Positions 12,258 through 25,152 of a stretch of 64,000 nucleotides of DNA are shown piece after piece. The notes below the pieces were generated by a model. That model did no database searches. It had not been told where the DNA came from and saw only the letters and a list, made by a program, of their open reading frames with translations. The stretch comes from Eledone cirrhosa. Lineage: Eukaryota. How positions within the stretch are numbered: the first letter of the stretch is position 1; each line of letters starts with the position of its first letter. The position numbers and the translations under genes are program-made. Location: the NCBI GenBank assembly GCA_964016885.1, contig OZ024741.1:85560001-85624000 (forward strand). Direction: 5' to 3'.

Positions 12258-12803
12258 GTTCTTCTGGTTTTATAATTTCACAAATTTTTTCCCAATAGAG
12301 AGAGAGTCGGTTTCTAACATAGACACAAGACTCTCTCATTGGAATTTACACAACTTCAACTAGGTAGATTATGTATGCATGCATTCATGTGTAGATATAG
12401 ATGTTATTGTATGTGTGGATGTGGATGTTTTGAGTTGTATGTGTGCATCTGTATATGCTTTGTATCTGTATATGTGTATATGCAGTTATTAGATGCAAAA
12501 TCTTTGGAATGTTTTACATATTTTTACTGTTCCATTAATGGATTGTACTTGTAATTTCCTAACTAGTTGTGTTCTTTCTGTTTCTGTGAAGCCTAGCTTC
12601 TCAAGATTTGTATTGAGGCAGTTACTAACATATCCCAGTGTCCCAATAATCACAGGCTTAAAACTGAAGGTGTAATCAGGGTGGAGTATCTGCAGATTTC
12701 TCATCAGTTCTGCATAAATATTCTCCTTTTCGCTAATCTTTGATATTATATTGGCATCTGCTGGGCAGCTAATTTCCACTACTGTGCATGCTTTCTTCTC
12801 CCT
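12258..12803 (-). mobile_element. 5'-truncated copy of the same R4-like family (endonuclease end and 3' UTR)
   Basis: ORF 12489-12779 is nearly identical to the C-terminus of 8870-9379. Flanked on both sides by (TATG)n. Confidence 0.92.
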
Positions 12804-13479
12804 GTGTATGTATGTATGTAAGTATTATGTATGTATCTATGTATGAGTCTATGTATGTATGTATGAGTCTATGTATGTATGTATGTATGTATGTATGTAC
12901 GTACGTATGTATGTAAGAGTGAATGAATTATCTTTATTAATAGTAAAATTTATAAACTTACAAAATTCCTTTGTTTACGTTTGTGCTTGCTTTTATGTCG
13001 CTTGACGCAGCAGTTCATATAGAAGATCGATGAAATATGTGTCAGACCTGTTAAAACACGTATAGGGATTGATAAATTATTGTAGAACCCCAGCATGGCT
13101 GCAGTCTAACGACAAACCAGTCAAAGGATAAAATTATAAAAGATTAAAAGATATGTGGAAACGTCTAGGTTTTACAAAAGAAAAAAAACCTGCTTCCTCT
13201 CATGATGATTCGACAAATAATTTAGGTGTCTGTTTTATTTTCTAGCACAGACACAGCTCGATTGATAAATCTAACCTTTTTATGATCTTATCAAATTTGA
13301 TATGTAAACTTTCGTCAGTGTTAGCCTCAATACATTCATCATCTTGATAAGACAATAACATTATCAATCTCACTTTCCTACAACGTGTAGAAGTTCAATG
13401 CTGCTTTTCTGAATGAAATAATGCTGGCTGTATCGAGAGCTTTCGAGTAATTTAGTATCCGACATTAGGTCCCAGGTCA

Positions 13480-14660
13480 CCTAACCAGATTTGATCATGC
13501 CCTGATCGGGTCTCTTAATTCATGAAGCTTCGAAAACTCCATTTCTGTGTGTTCCTTTGAGCTATCAGTGTCAACATACTCATCCATGCTTGATTTGATG
13601 TTCGTCTTCTGTAATGCATTCCAGATCGTTCCAGATATTATACCATGCCTCATGTGGAAGTAGTAATGAGAAGACATTCTTTCAGAGTTGTCAATGATGT
13701 AGCTAATATCTTCCGTCTTTGTTTTACACAGCCTACATTTATTGTCAACTGATGACCTTCCTTTTTTGTGCAGTTGGTACTAGTTGAGGATTTCTTGTTG
13801 CTATATTACATGGAGGTATCCTTCAAAGTAAGACGTTATGAACTTGTCGAAACTCCGTCTCAGGCTGTTTGTATGGTTTATCCCCTCTATGATCCATGTT
13901 TTGCGTTTCAGGCATCCATGTACAACTTTCTCAGTAAATTGGTCCCTTTTATGTTTTTGTTCGAGCATTGAGTAGTCTTCCAACGTTCCTGGGAGAGATA
14001 TTTTATCAGATTTTATTTCATGTCTCTCTTCTAGATCAGTGGCTATCCTAACAACATTATTCGATAAAATAAAGTACCAGTAATACACTGGGATAATTGC
14101 TTGCCTTGTGCCAAAAGTAGAAACAATTATTATTTTCGTGTATGGCGGTGGTTTGGCAGTATCGGTAGAGGGTCAGACACCATGCTTTGTGGCGTAGAGT
14201 TATGGCCCTTTACGTTCTGAGTTCAAATCACGCCGAGGTTAACTTTGTCTTTCATCCTTACGGAGTCGGTAAAATAAAATACCAGTAATGCACTGGGATA
14301 ATTGTTTGCCTTGTGCCAAAAGTAGAAACAATTAGTATTTTCATGTTCATAAACCTGGGTGAGATGGCTACAGACCTTTTTCTTCTGTTGAAGATTTTAC
14401 TTCAGCGTTATTATCCGGGTCTCGTATGATGTTAATAAGGATTTAACGTCGGTGCCATTCCCATTGCGTGAGAAATGTGGCCTATCCACATCACAATTGA
14501 TGTTAAAGTTTCCAGTAACACTGAGCAACTTGCGAGTCCTTATGTCCATCACACTCAGTTTTTGCAACCAGTTCAGCAGGCCAAATGTTGGCGTAAGGAT
14601 GAGTACAGCACATATATTATGGGCAACGTGCTTATTGAGAGTTCTCACGTCCATATTCTT
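13480..14660 (-). mobile_element. Older, degraded R4-like LINE fragment interrupted by SINEs
   Basis: Peptides HNICAVLILTPTFGLLNW and ITSYFEGYL are homologous to the 8630-12135 element. Confidence 0.8.
14064..14340 (+). mobile_element. SINE family 1: 3' fragment plus full copy (14144-14340)
   Basis: A box TGGCAGTATCGG, B box GAGTTCAAATC, central domain and GCCTTGTGCCAAAAGTAGAAACAATTA tail. Confidence 0.9.
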
Positions 14661-15250
14661 TATATGTATGTTTTTTCTGATTTCATTACTTTATAAATGT
14701 TCACCAAGAGAGAGTCGGATTCTAACATAGACACAAGAGCTTTTCACTGGAATTTAGACATCAAATAGGTAAATATATATGCATGTCCATATGCGTACAT
14801 GCATACGTGCGTGTGTCTGCCTGTGTGTGTGTGTGTACAGATATGGATGTTATTGTATGTGTGTATGTGTATGCTTTGAGTTTTTTGTGTACACGTGTAT
14901 ATGCAATTATTACATGCAGAACTTTTGGAATGTTTTACACATTTTTACTGATCTATTAATGGATTGTACTTTTAATTTCCTAATTAGTTGTGTTCTTTCT
15001 GGTTCTGTGAAGCCCAGCTTCTCAAGATTTGTACTAAGGTAGTTACTAACATACCCCAGTGCCCCAATAGTCACAGGTATAAATCTGAAGGTATCGTCAG
15101 AGTGGAATATCTGCAGATTATTCATTAGTTCTGCATAGATGTTCTCCTTTTGGCTACTCTTTAGTATTATATTGGCATCTGCTGGGCAGCTGACGTCGCC
15201 TCTGTGCATGCCAGCTTTTCCCTGTCCCATATCACTATATCTGGTCTGTT
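14660..15250 (-). mobile_element. Third 3' fragment of the R4-like family
   Basis: ORF 14910-15230 (DVSCPADANII...KTFQKFCM) plus the same 3' UTR. Confidence 0.88.
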
Positions 15251-15289
15251 TATTTTTTTATGTGAATGACCTTTTATGACATTATGAGA

Positions 15290-16160
15290 TTTTGTTTATT
15301 GAAAAATTATATAAACAGTGTGTGGTCCAACAACGCCAGAGGTCTCGACGGAGACCGGTGCAAAAAGGAAGCTGTCAGTCAGGCCTTGGTATTCAACTAT
15401 CCTCCTCTCCTCCGCATTGCGGGCAGCGGAGTCCTGGGTTTGTGTCCGAAGCGACAATGTTTGAGGCGGAGAACGAATCACAGCACGTCTCGTCCCAAAT
15501 TTGGGATTTGCCCCCCTAGAAAGGGAAGAGGGTTAATCCGTCGCGGAGCTTGCCATTGTCGCAGTTGACGGAAACCGGCTGCGTTGAGGCTCCATTTGAT
15601 GATGGCGTTCAGAACAGACTGAGGGGAAGTCGGCCTGCACTAAGGTAGTAAGATAAAAGGGTGCAGGACGAACTTGCCGATCACTGCACTACTAAGGCAT
15701 CTGTGTCACTCGCATATGCGGAGGCCGAAAGCTGTGTCACACTACTTCGCAGGCATTCCTCATCAAGTAGGGGACCGGTTGATGAAGAAGGCACTGAGTG
15801 GAGCCAAGCGCCACTGTTTTGTTGTGAGTCGGAGCGTAGGCAGATGTGACGAGGTTGGTCCGAAGAATTTTCGATCCGATTGAAGGCAGAATTGCGCTTG
15901 ACGTTGTCCTAGTTGCGTTGGACATCGGTACACTGGGGAACGACAAAGCCTTCGTCAGTCCAATCAGCCATAGCTGACTCTAGTTCCAGGAGCACGTCAG
16001 GTTCTTTTCTTTTGCGAAGGATGTCGTTGATGGAGGTGCAGCTGGAGGAGATTGAGGAGAGATAGGCTGGCAATGCCAAGTTAAGAGTGAATCGAAGGCC
16101 GAGTTTGCCGAAGTTACCAGCTGATGCTGTTCGACAAGTTCATTGGCTAGGAAAGTATCA
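15290..16160 (-). mobile_element. CRE-clade-like non-LTR retrotransposon remnant
   Basis: Minus-strand peptides GKLGLRFTLNLALPAYLSSIS, LNAIIKWSLNAAGFPS, DGLTLFPF, IWDETC and FLFAPVSVETSGVVGP resemble the RT thumb and RLE region of CRE-like elements. Many stops and frameshifts. Confidence 0.7.
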
Positions 16161-16317
16161 ATTTAATAGTAACACTCCCCATAGTAGACAGGACATTTAA
16201 CAAGGAGAGACAATGACTGTCGACGTTGATGATAAAAGTTTATATATGGGTGAGTGTATGTGTTTGTGTGTATGTATGTATATATATATAAATAGATACA
16301 TAAAATGCAAAATATAC

Positions 16318-16485
16318 CAGTCCCGCGAGGTGGAGTGCGAGGCTCGCGAGGTGGAGTGCGAGGTTCGCGAGCTGGTGTCCGAGCCTCGCCAGTTGGAGTG
16401 CGAGCTCCACGAGCTTGAGTGGCTGTCTCAGCGCGTCTCGCTTGCCATCATCCGGAGCAATGTATTCTCCATCCTGTCGGCCTGA
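16318..16485. other. GC-rich island with degenerate 21-nt repeats; possible exon on either strand
   Basis: Plus frame reads REVECEA-REVECEV-RELVSEP-RQLECEL. Minus frame is open between a CAG acceptor and a weak GTATAT donor (GRQDGEYIAPDDGKRDALRQPL...LALHLAGL). Confidence 0.3.
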
Positions 16486-16729
16486 CCACGAAGTAGATTG
16501 ACCGTTAAACACATGCATATACAATAAAGATATATACATTATATATACACGGGGACAATTATACAGTATAGTTGATACAGAGATACAGATCATTCCAGAT
16601 TATTAAAGAGATAAATCTGTATATATAAATTAGACTATTAGACAGAGAAAGGGAGATTGATGCTTATATATATATGTATGTAAGTATGTGTGTTTGTGTC
16701 TGTCAGCATGTGAGCATAAAGGTGTGCAT

Positions 16730-16858
<129 letters not shown>

Positions 16859-16960
16859 TGTATATATAGTGTATTTTGCAATACACTGTATACTTAATTA
16901 AAAGCATTTCGAAGACCTTACGCTATTGTTTTAGAGTAGTAACAGTCTCACTTACTTTAA

Positions 16961-17055
16961 ATTTTCAGCAAACAGGGGAGATAAAGCTGACAGAGCTCTG
17001 TTTCGTACTTTTTGGTACTTATCAAAGCTAAGTACTCCACCTGTTTGCTGAAAAT
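16961..17055 (-). ncRNA. Type I hammerhead ribozyme, U3:A8 core variant
   Basis: Reverse complement of 17271-17365. Confidence 0.8.
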
Positions 17056-17270
17056 CATGAATGTTTGATTCTTATAGAATTCTAGTAATAATCAGGAACT
17101 GATTATACAGAGCGGTTGCCGGTCAAGCAGAAATTGGAAATTAGAATTGGTGCTCTGAAATAGCGATATATATATGAATGCATATATAATGTATTTTGCT
17201 TGAGCGGCAACCGCTCTGTATAATCAGTTCCAGATTATTACTAGAATTCTATAAGAATCAAACATTCATG

Positions 17271-17365
17271 ATTTTCAGCAAACAGGTGGAGTACTTAGCT
17301 TTGATAAGTACCAAAAAGTACGAAACAGAGCTCTGTCAGCTTTATCTCCCCTGTTTGCTGAAAAT
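17271..17365 (+). ncRNA. Type I hammerhead ribozyme, U3:A8 core variant
   Basis: AGCT-TTGATAA-GTAC(CAAAAA)GTAC-GAAA-CAGAGCTCTG-TC-AGCT. GUC cleavage triplet, palindromic stem III, and stem I extended by ATTTTCAGCAAACAGG/CCTGTTTGCTGAAAAT. Confidence 0.82.
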
Positions 17366-17665
17366 TTAAAGTAAGTGAGACTGTCACTACTCTAAAACAA
17401 TAGCGTAAGGTCTTCGAAATGCTTTCAATTAAGCATACAGTGTATTGCAAGATCACTGTATATACATTCATATATATATATAGCTATTTCAGAGCACCAA
17501 TACTAATTTATATATATATATATGCCATATACTTATATATGCAGGCGCGTATAGTTATGTGTGTGTGTGTTTATATGTATAGCAGTATATGTGTATTTAT
17601 ATATATATATATATATATATACATACATAAATACACATATACTGCTATACATATAAACACACACA

Positions 17666-18715
<1,050 letters not shown>

Positions 18716-18760
18716 AATAATAATAATGACAATAATATATAATGATAAACATGCTATATA

Positions 18761-18794
<34 letters not shown>

Positions 18795-18869
18795 CGCGTG
18801 TGTATGTGAGCGTGTGTGTGTTTGTATACATATTTATGTATACAAACACACACACGCTCACACACACAC

Positions 18870-19458
<589 letters not shown>

Positions 19459-19797
19459 CTCACGCATATATGTATGTTTGTATGCATGTATATATATATG
19501 CATGTACGTATTTATTTATGCATATCTGAATGTATGTACAAATAGGATAGAATGTGATTGTTAAAATATGCTTGAAATAAATAGGACAGATGCCGACTGA
19601 AGTCACTTTCTTTCAGCATGAGTTTCCTATCTTCTATATGAACACATACGTTTGTTTTCGTGCAAACATACACACACACATATGTATATATATATATGTG
19701 TGTCTTTAACTATATATATGTGTGTGTATATGTGTATATATATATACATATATATGTGTATATATACCTATACATATATATATCTGTTTATCAGTCA

Positions 19798-19869
<72 letters not shown>

Positions 19870-20020
19870 ATACTTTGGGGGGGTCATGTTGCCAATAAGA
19901 AACACACGCACCAGTTGCATTCACTTCAATTTAATTTATTATATATTTATAAATTTACAAATTTATAAATTTCTGGTTGGTTGGTTGGTTCCACAACCAG
20001 ATAGTTGTTTATATATATAT

Positions 20021-20065
20021 AGTCATAGTTCTTTCGTCACACACTCTGTGACCTCTTCAGTGACT
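20021..20065 (-). ncRNA. Minimal type I hammerhead ribozyme in PLE pseudo-LTR
   Basis: AGTCA-CTGAAGA-G-GTCAC(AGAGTGT)GTGAC-GAAA-GAAC-TA-TGACT. Confidence 0.75.
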
Positions 20066-20370
20066 GGGGATTTCTTTCTTCGTTTCTGTGCCTTTCCTTT
20101 CTTCTATCCTACGCCATTTTGTTTGTGTGTGGGTTGCGTGCTCAGTTTGCGCATGCGCCACATCCGGGTGTCTGTGTGTGTTTGTGTTCATTTTTCTATT
20201 TTTCTATTTATATTTTTCTATTTGTTTGTTTATTTATTTATTTATTGTTGGTTGGTTGTTTGTTCTATGTGTGTGTGTGTTTTCATTTTGTCTTGTGTGT
20301 GTTTTCATTTTGTGTGTGTTTTCAATTGTAAGTTGTTTGTTCTATGTGTGTGTGTGTTTTCATTTTGTCC

Positions 20371-21092
20371 TTAATTGTAAGTTGTGATGTTGCTGTTCCA
20401 CTCATATTTTCTATTTAATTTTGGTTTTAATTCTTTTATGCTTACTGCCTCTGTAATTTGCCTAAACATTGCGTCTTTCTTGTGTGTGGATTCTATTTTT
20501 ATTTCTATGCTCTCTAGTTTACCCCTGTGTTCTATCTTAGCATGTTGGTAGAGCACAGATGATTCTTTACTATCTTGGAGGTCTCGCCAGTGTTCATTTA
20601 TTCGTTCCCCTATACTACGAGCTGTCTCACCTATGTACACTATATTTTTGTTTCTACATTGTCCTTCAGTGCATCTTATGCTATATACTACATTTCTAGT
20701 TTTACAGTTAATATGGGGGCTTATTTTACAGATTATACATTTCTTATCTATACATGAGGGTCTTTGGAACGGGTATGTCTTGCTAATAAGTGTTTTTACG
20801 GAGGTACCAGGTCTTTCTACTATCTTAATATTGAGATTATGTTTCTTTAGGGCCCTTCTAAATTTGTAGGCTAGTTCGCCTCTAGGGGTTGTATTGATGA
20901 ACATTACACTCTGGTATTTATTGCTATCATACCATGAGTTTATTCTATTGGCCTTGTTCTTAGTTCTTTCTATTCTATTCCAAAATTTGCTCCTATACAA
21001 GGGGCAGGTCCCATTTATGTCATTATTTACCATTTTTTCCCATTTGGTTCTGGCTCCTTTATACACTCTGATTCTATCTCTCTGATTGTAGC
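20371..21092 (-). CDS. PLE ORF C-terminus: thumb/linker, Cys-rich finger and GIY-YIG endonuclease
   Basis: CIDKKCIIC...[12 protein letters not shown]...[16 protein letters not shown]...RQITEAVSI...LNRKYEW. Confidence 0.9.
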
Positions 21093-21250
21093 CAAATTTG
21101 TAAATTTATAAATATATAATAAATTAAATTGAAGTGAAAGCAACTGGTGCGTGTGTTTCTTATTGGCAACATGACCCTCCCAAAGTATAACAATATCGGT
21201 TTCAACACACGATTTCAGATAAAGAATCCTGCTAAACAAATTCAGAAACG

Positions 21251-21385
<135 letters not shown>

Positions 21386-21683
21386 TATACAGGCAGAGCG
21401 AGAGAAAGAGAAACAGACAGATAGATAGATAAATAGATAGATATATTTCTTTATTAGCCACAGGGGCACAAAAGAAGGGGACAAATACAAAGGGGGAAGT
21501 TTACATACAATAAAAACGTGTAAAATGTTATCACAAATGGAATTTAAAAGTTAGTCGATTTTCCCCAATAGAGGGAGACAGTTTATATGGGTAACACATA
21601 CCCCCGAAAAAAAATGTGCAACCCTCATCTCCAGGAGTACGAAGAGTTTGTACTCCTTTCCTCTCCTCCTTCTTTTCCTCAAC

Positions 21684-24600
21684 CTACAGGCTGATATAGA
21701 GAGAAGGCCCATTCACTCGGGCCATTCTCGCCACTTTCACCCACCTTTCATAAAACTTGCTGGGGTACAGCACCTCTCTCTCCATCTTGATTCTTCTTCC
21801 AAAGTGGTATTTGAAAAAAAGAATCAGTTGTTAGCCGGAGAGAAAGGTGTCTGACCTCAGCCCTTTCAACCTTGTCCACCATACAACCTCTTTCGCCATA
21901 GCTATCACACAAAGGAAAACCGCCACTCCTTCGTTTTTGAAGGAGGGTGGCGGTTTGATCATGACAATGGACTCGGTGGTCAACTGGATTGGTCCCACCC
22001 GCGACAATAGTCGTTCTACATAGCCCCACAGGTCAGTGATGCCCGGGCAGTGTATGAATGCGTGCGCGACGGTTTCTTCGTCTCGCACGTACCTCGGACA
22101 GATCTTTTTTGCAGGGTCCCTGCCCGGGCGCCCATGTCTGTAGAGCTTGTCTCGAACTGGTAGAGCTCCTCGGTAGCACTGCCAGGCCAGGGACTTTTGG
22201 AAGTTGTCCATCGGTCCCGGGCGGAAGGTCCTACCGAACAGACTGGCCAGTTCATCTTCCTCTACGCCTAGAGTTTCACCGAGCGCGTCGTCGCACTTGC
22301 TGCGGACCAACCCTCTATAGAATGACGAAGTGGAGTCTCCACTGATCGCCGGGTCCGCCTGCCAGAGGGCTGTGAGCGCCTGAGCACATTCGATGTGCCA
22401 GTCGCCCATTTTCCTCGGTCTCTGCTTGACCCAGGACTGCAGCTCGGTCAGCGAGACGAGTTGTGGGAAAGCTCGCCTCACGAACGGGGCCCACACAGGT
22501 TGTCCGGTGAGGAATACGTAGAGATGCCGCAGCCTGAGCGCGTATTTGCGCATCGTCAACCACGTCATCCCCAGCCCTCCGTTAGAAGGGTGTTGGCAGC
22601 AGATGGATCTTCTCACCAAAGGAGCCCGCCTCTTCCAAAGGAATCGGAAGAGCGCGCGCTCCATTTTGGCGAGCGTTTTGTCTGGACAAGGCACGACGGT
22701 CAAGCGGTAGTAGATGGCGGACGCTATAAAAGTGTTCGCCACCTCCGCTCGACCTTTCAAGGATAGTTTGCACTCGGCCCACTTCTGGGTGAGTTTAAAC
22801 ACCTTGGCCGTCACTTCGTTCCAGTTCTTCTCCACCTGGAGGTCCGAACCAAACCAGACCCCGAGCAGGTTACCGGTCCTTCCGTCCAGCGTCCGACGAC
22901 GCCATCGGAAGGCATCGGTCTGCCTCTCCACGATCCGAGTTGCAAACCGATGGACTTGTCCCGGTTCAACTTCGCTCCTGTGAGACTTTCGTATTCCTTC
23001 AGTAAGGTGCCGACTTCCTCGATTTGCGAGGCGCTCGACACCATTACTGTCACGTCGTCGGCGTAGGCCGACGCCGCTTTCCGCAGTCCCGGTTCCAGAG
23101 GGATGCCCTGAAATAGCTCCAGCTTCCGCAGTAGTGGATCGAGAGTCAGTACGTACAGAAGGGAGGAGAGAGGGCATCCCTGTCGAATGGATCGCGTAAT
23201 ATGGAACGGCTCCGAGAGGTAGCCGTTCACCTTGACCCTTGAGCAGATGTTGCTGTTGTGCATTGCAGCAATCCAGCCCCTGAACACGGGTCCGAAGCCT
23301 GCCGCCTCGAGCACCGCATCCAGGTAACGATGGTCAACCCTATCGAAAGCCTTAGACTGATCCAAGTTGATCAGGGCCCCACCGAAGCCGGGTTTACACC
23401 CTACCCTCTCTATGATGTATCGCATGAGGTGGAGGTTGTCGTGTATGGACCTGGTCGGGATTGCGCATGTCTGCGCTTCTCCCACCAGGTTATCGACGAC
23501 AAGCGCCAGCCTCTTTGCCAACACCTTGGCCAAAATCTGTAACTCTGTGTTTAGCAGAGTTATGGACCGGAAGTTGCCTATGTCATCCCCCTTATTCTCG
23601 TCCTTCCTGATTAGTGTGACCACGCCCCCGGTTACAGAACTGGGAATTCTCCCGTTCTGTTACCAGTTGCAGTAGACCGCTTCCAGGAGACCGGAGAATA
23701 AGTCCGGCATTGCTACGTAAAATTCGTAGGGTAGACCGTCGAGACCTGGAGATTTGCGTTTGCCGCATTGGCTCAGCGCGTCCCCTATCTCAGTGGCTGA
23801 AATCGGCTTTTCGCAGAACTTTGCCTCGCTGTCCGAGAGTCGCGGTAGGCCGTCGAGGTATGGACCGAAATCCATAGCCTCTCCCGGCGCGCCGCTCCCC
23901 CCGAACAGCCGAGCAAAGTGCCGCTGAAAAGCCGCACACATCTGCTTCGGCTCACGTATCACGCGTCCGTGTTGGTCCTTCAAAGACCGAATCGTGGACT
24001 TGTTGCCACTTTTTGCCTCCGTCACTCGGGCCCAGCTAACAGCTTTGGCTCCCTCGTTTCCCAGAGCATGTATTTTGCTTCTGACAACGCAGCCCTCGTG
24101 CTTTGCGTCGAAGAACTGGTCCAAGGCCGTTCTCGTTGCTAGCACGCTGGCTACGTTGCCACTTCTAATTGCCTCTTCTACTTTATCTACCAGTTCCTTC
24201 TCGGTTCTATTTCTATCTAACGCTAATTCTTTACTAAAAACTATCGAGTCTAATCTAACTGCCCTCTTGAGAGAGTACCACCATATGTTGTTGACAATGG
24301 CCCCTGTCAAGTGCTGTTTAACTAAAGTGCTAATCCGTCTACTGTAGGCTTTGCTTGTCGGTAACGACAAATTCAGCTTCCAGTAGCCAGGTCCTTGTCT
24401 ATGGGTTCTATCAAGGTTGGCCATGCAGGTCACTAGTTTGTGATCTGAATAGGCAACCATGAACATTTGTGGACAGCTTAACATGTCCCTATCCTTATTT
24501 CTAACTAGAACCCTATCTAGGTACGATCTAGATGTTCCGCTACGATTACTCCACGTCCACAGTGGCGCAGTCGGAAAATCTAGTCGATATCTATCGGCCA

Positions 24601-25119
24601 GGTCAAATCGGTCGATTAACTGTTTGAGGCTGTTACACCCCCCTTTATCGGACATGCTCCCACATAGTCCCAACGTGCATCTAGGATTCCATTCCAGTCC
24701 CCCACTAAAAGCAAGGAGCGGGACGTTCCCAGAAAAGTCTCTAGACGTTTGAAGAAGTCTGGCTGCGGTGTCCCGGATGGGGCATATGCGGCCACCAGCC
24801 TGAAGGCTCCACCTTCACTACCGTCAACGTCTAGGACCACCAGTCGACCCTCCGGGTCCAGATGTACCGTCTGTGTTACGAGGCCCAGGTGTTTCCGCAG
24901 CAAAACGGCAACTCCGCCCCCACACCCCGGTTGACAGAGAGATGCGTAGATCTCAAAGTCATCGAAGATGGGGGCCAGCTATCGCTCGCCGTGGATCCTG
25001 GACTCGCAAATGGCTACCACATCCATACTGTGCGACCTGAGGTCGTTTAAGAGTTTGCCCTGTTTCCAGGGCATCCCCAGGCCGCGTACGTTCACACATC
25101 CAACTCTTATATTGGCCAT
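21684..25119 (-). pseudogene. Tx1 ORF2: AP endonuclease, reverse transcriptase, C-terminal zinc motif
   Basis: MANIRVGCVNVRGL, LVGDWN, SYLDR, YSDHK, KSPGLDG, DQSKAFDRVDH, IRQGCPLS and AYADD, spread over several frames. Confidence 0.93.
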
Positions 25120-25152
25120 GTTGGTGCTGAAAAGTGAAAAGAGGTAAAGAGA

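Larger units (their letters stand above)
16875..17450. repeat. Long inverted repeat (~255 bp arms, ~67 bp spacer), PLE pseudo-LTR-like
   Basis: 16875-17129 is the near-identical reverse complement of 17197-17450. Flanked by (TA)n. Each arm carries a hammerhead. Confidence 0.9.
19863..21195 (-). mobile_element. 5'-truncated Penelope-like element with inverted partial pseudo-LTR
   Basis: GIY-YIG ORF followed by a 3' region with a hammerhead. The terminal ~105 bp (19863-19970) is duplicated in inverted orientation at 21093-21195. (TA)n flanks. Confidence 0.88.

Noticed and set aside
20100-21092. Selenoprotein-type (SECIS-bearing) Penelope element
   Set aside because: No in-frame TGA in the visible ORF and no SECIS-like hairpin recognised in the AC-rich 3' region.
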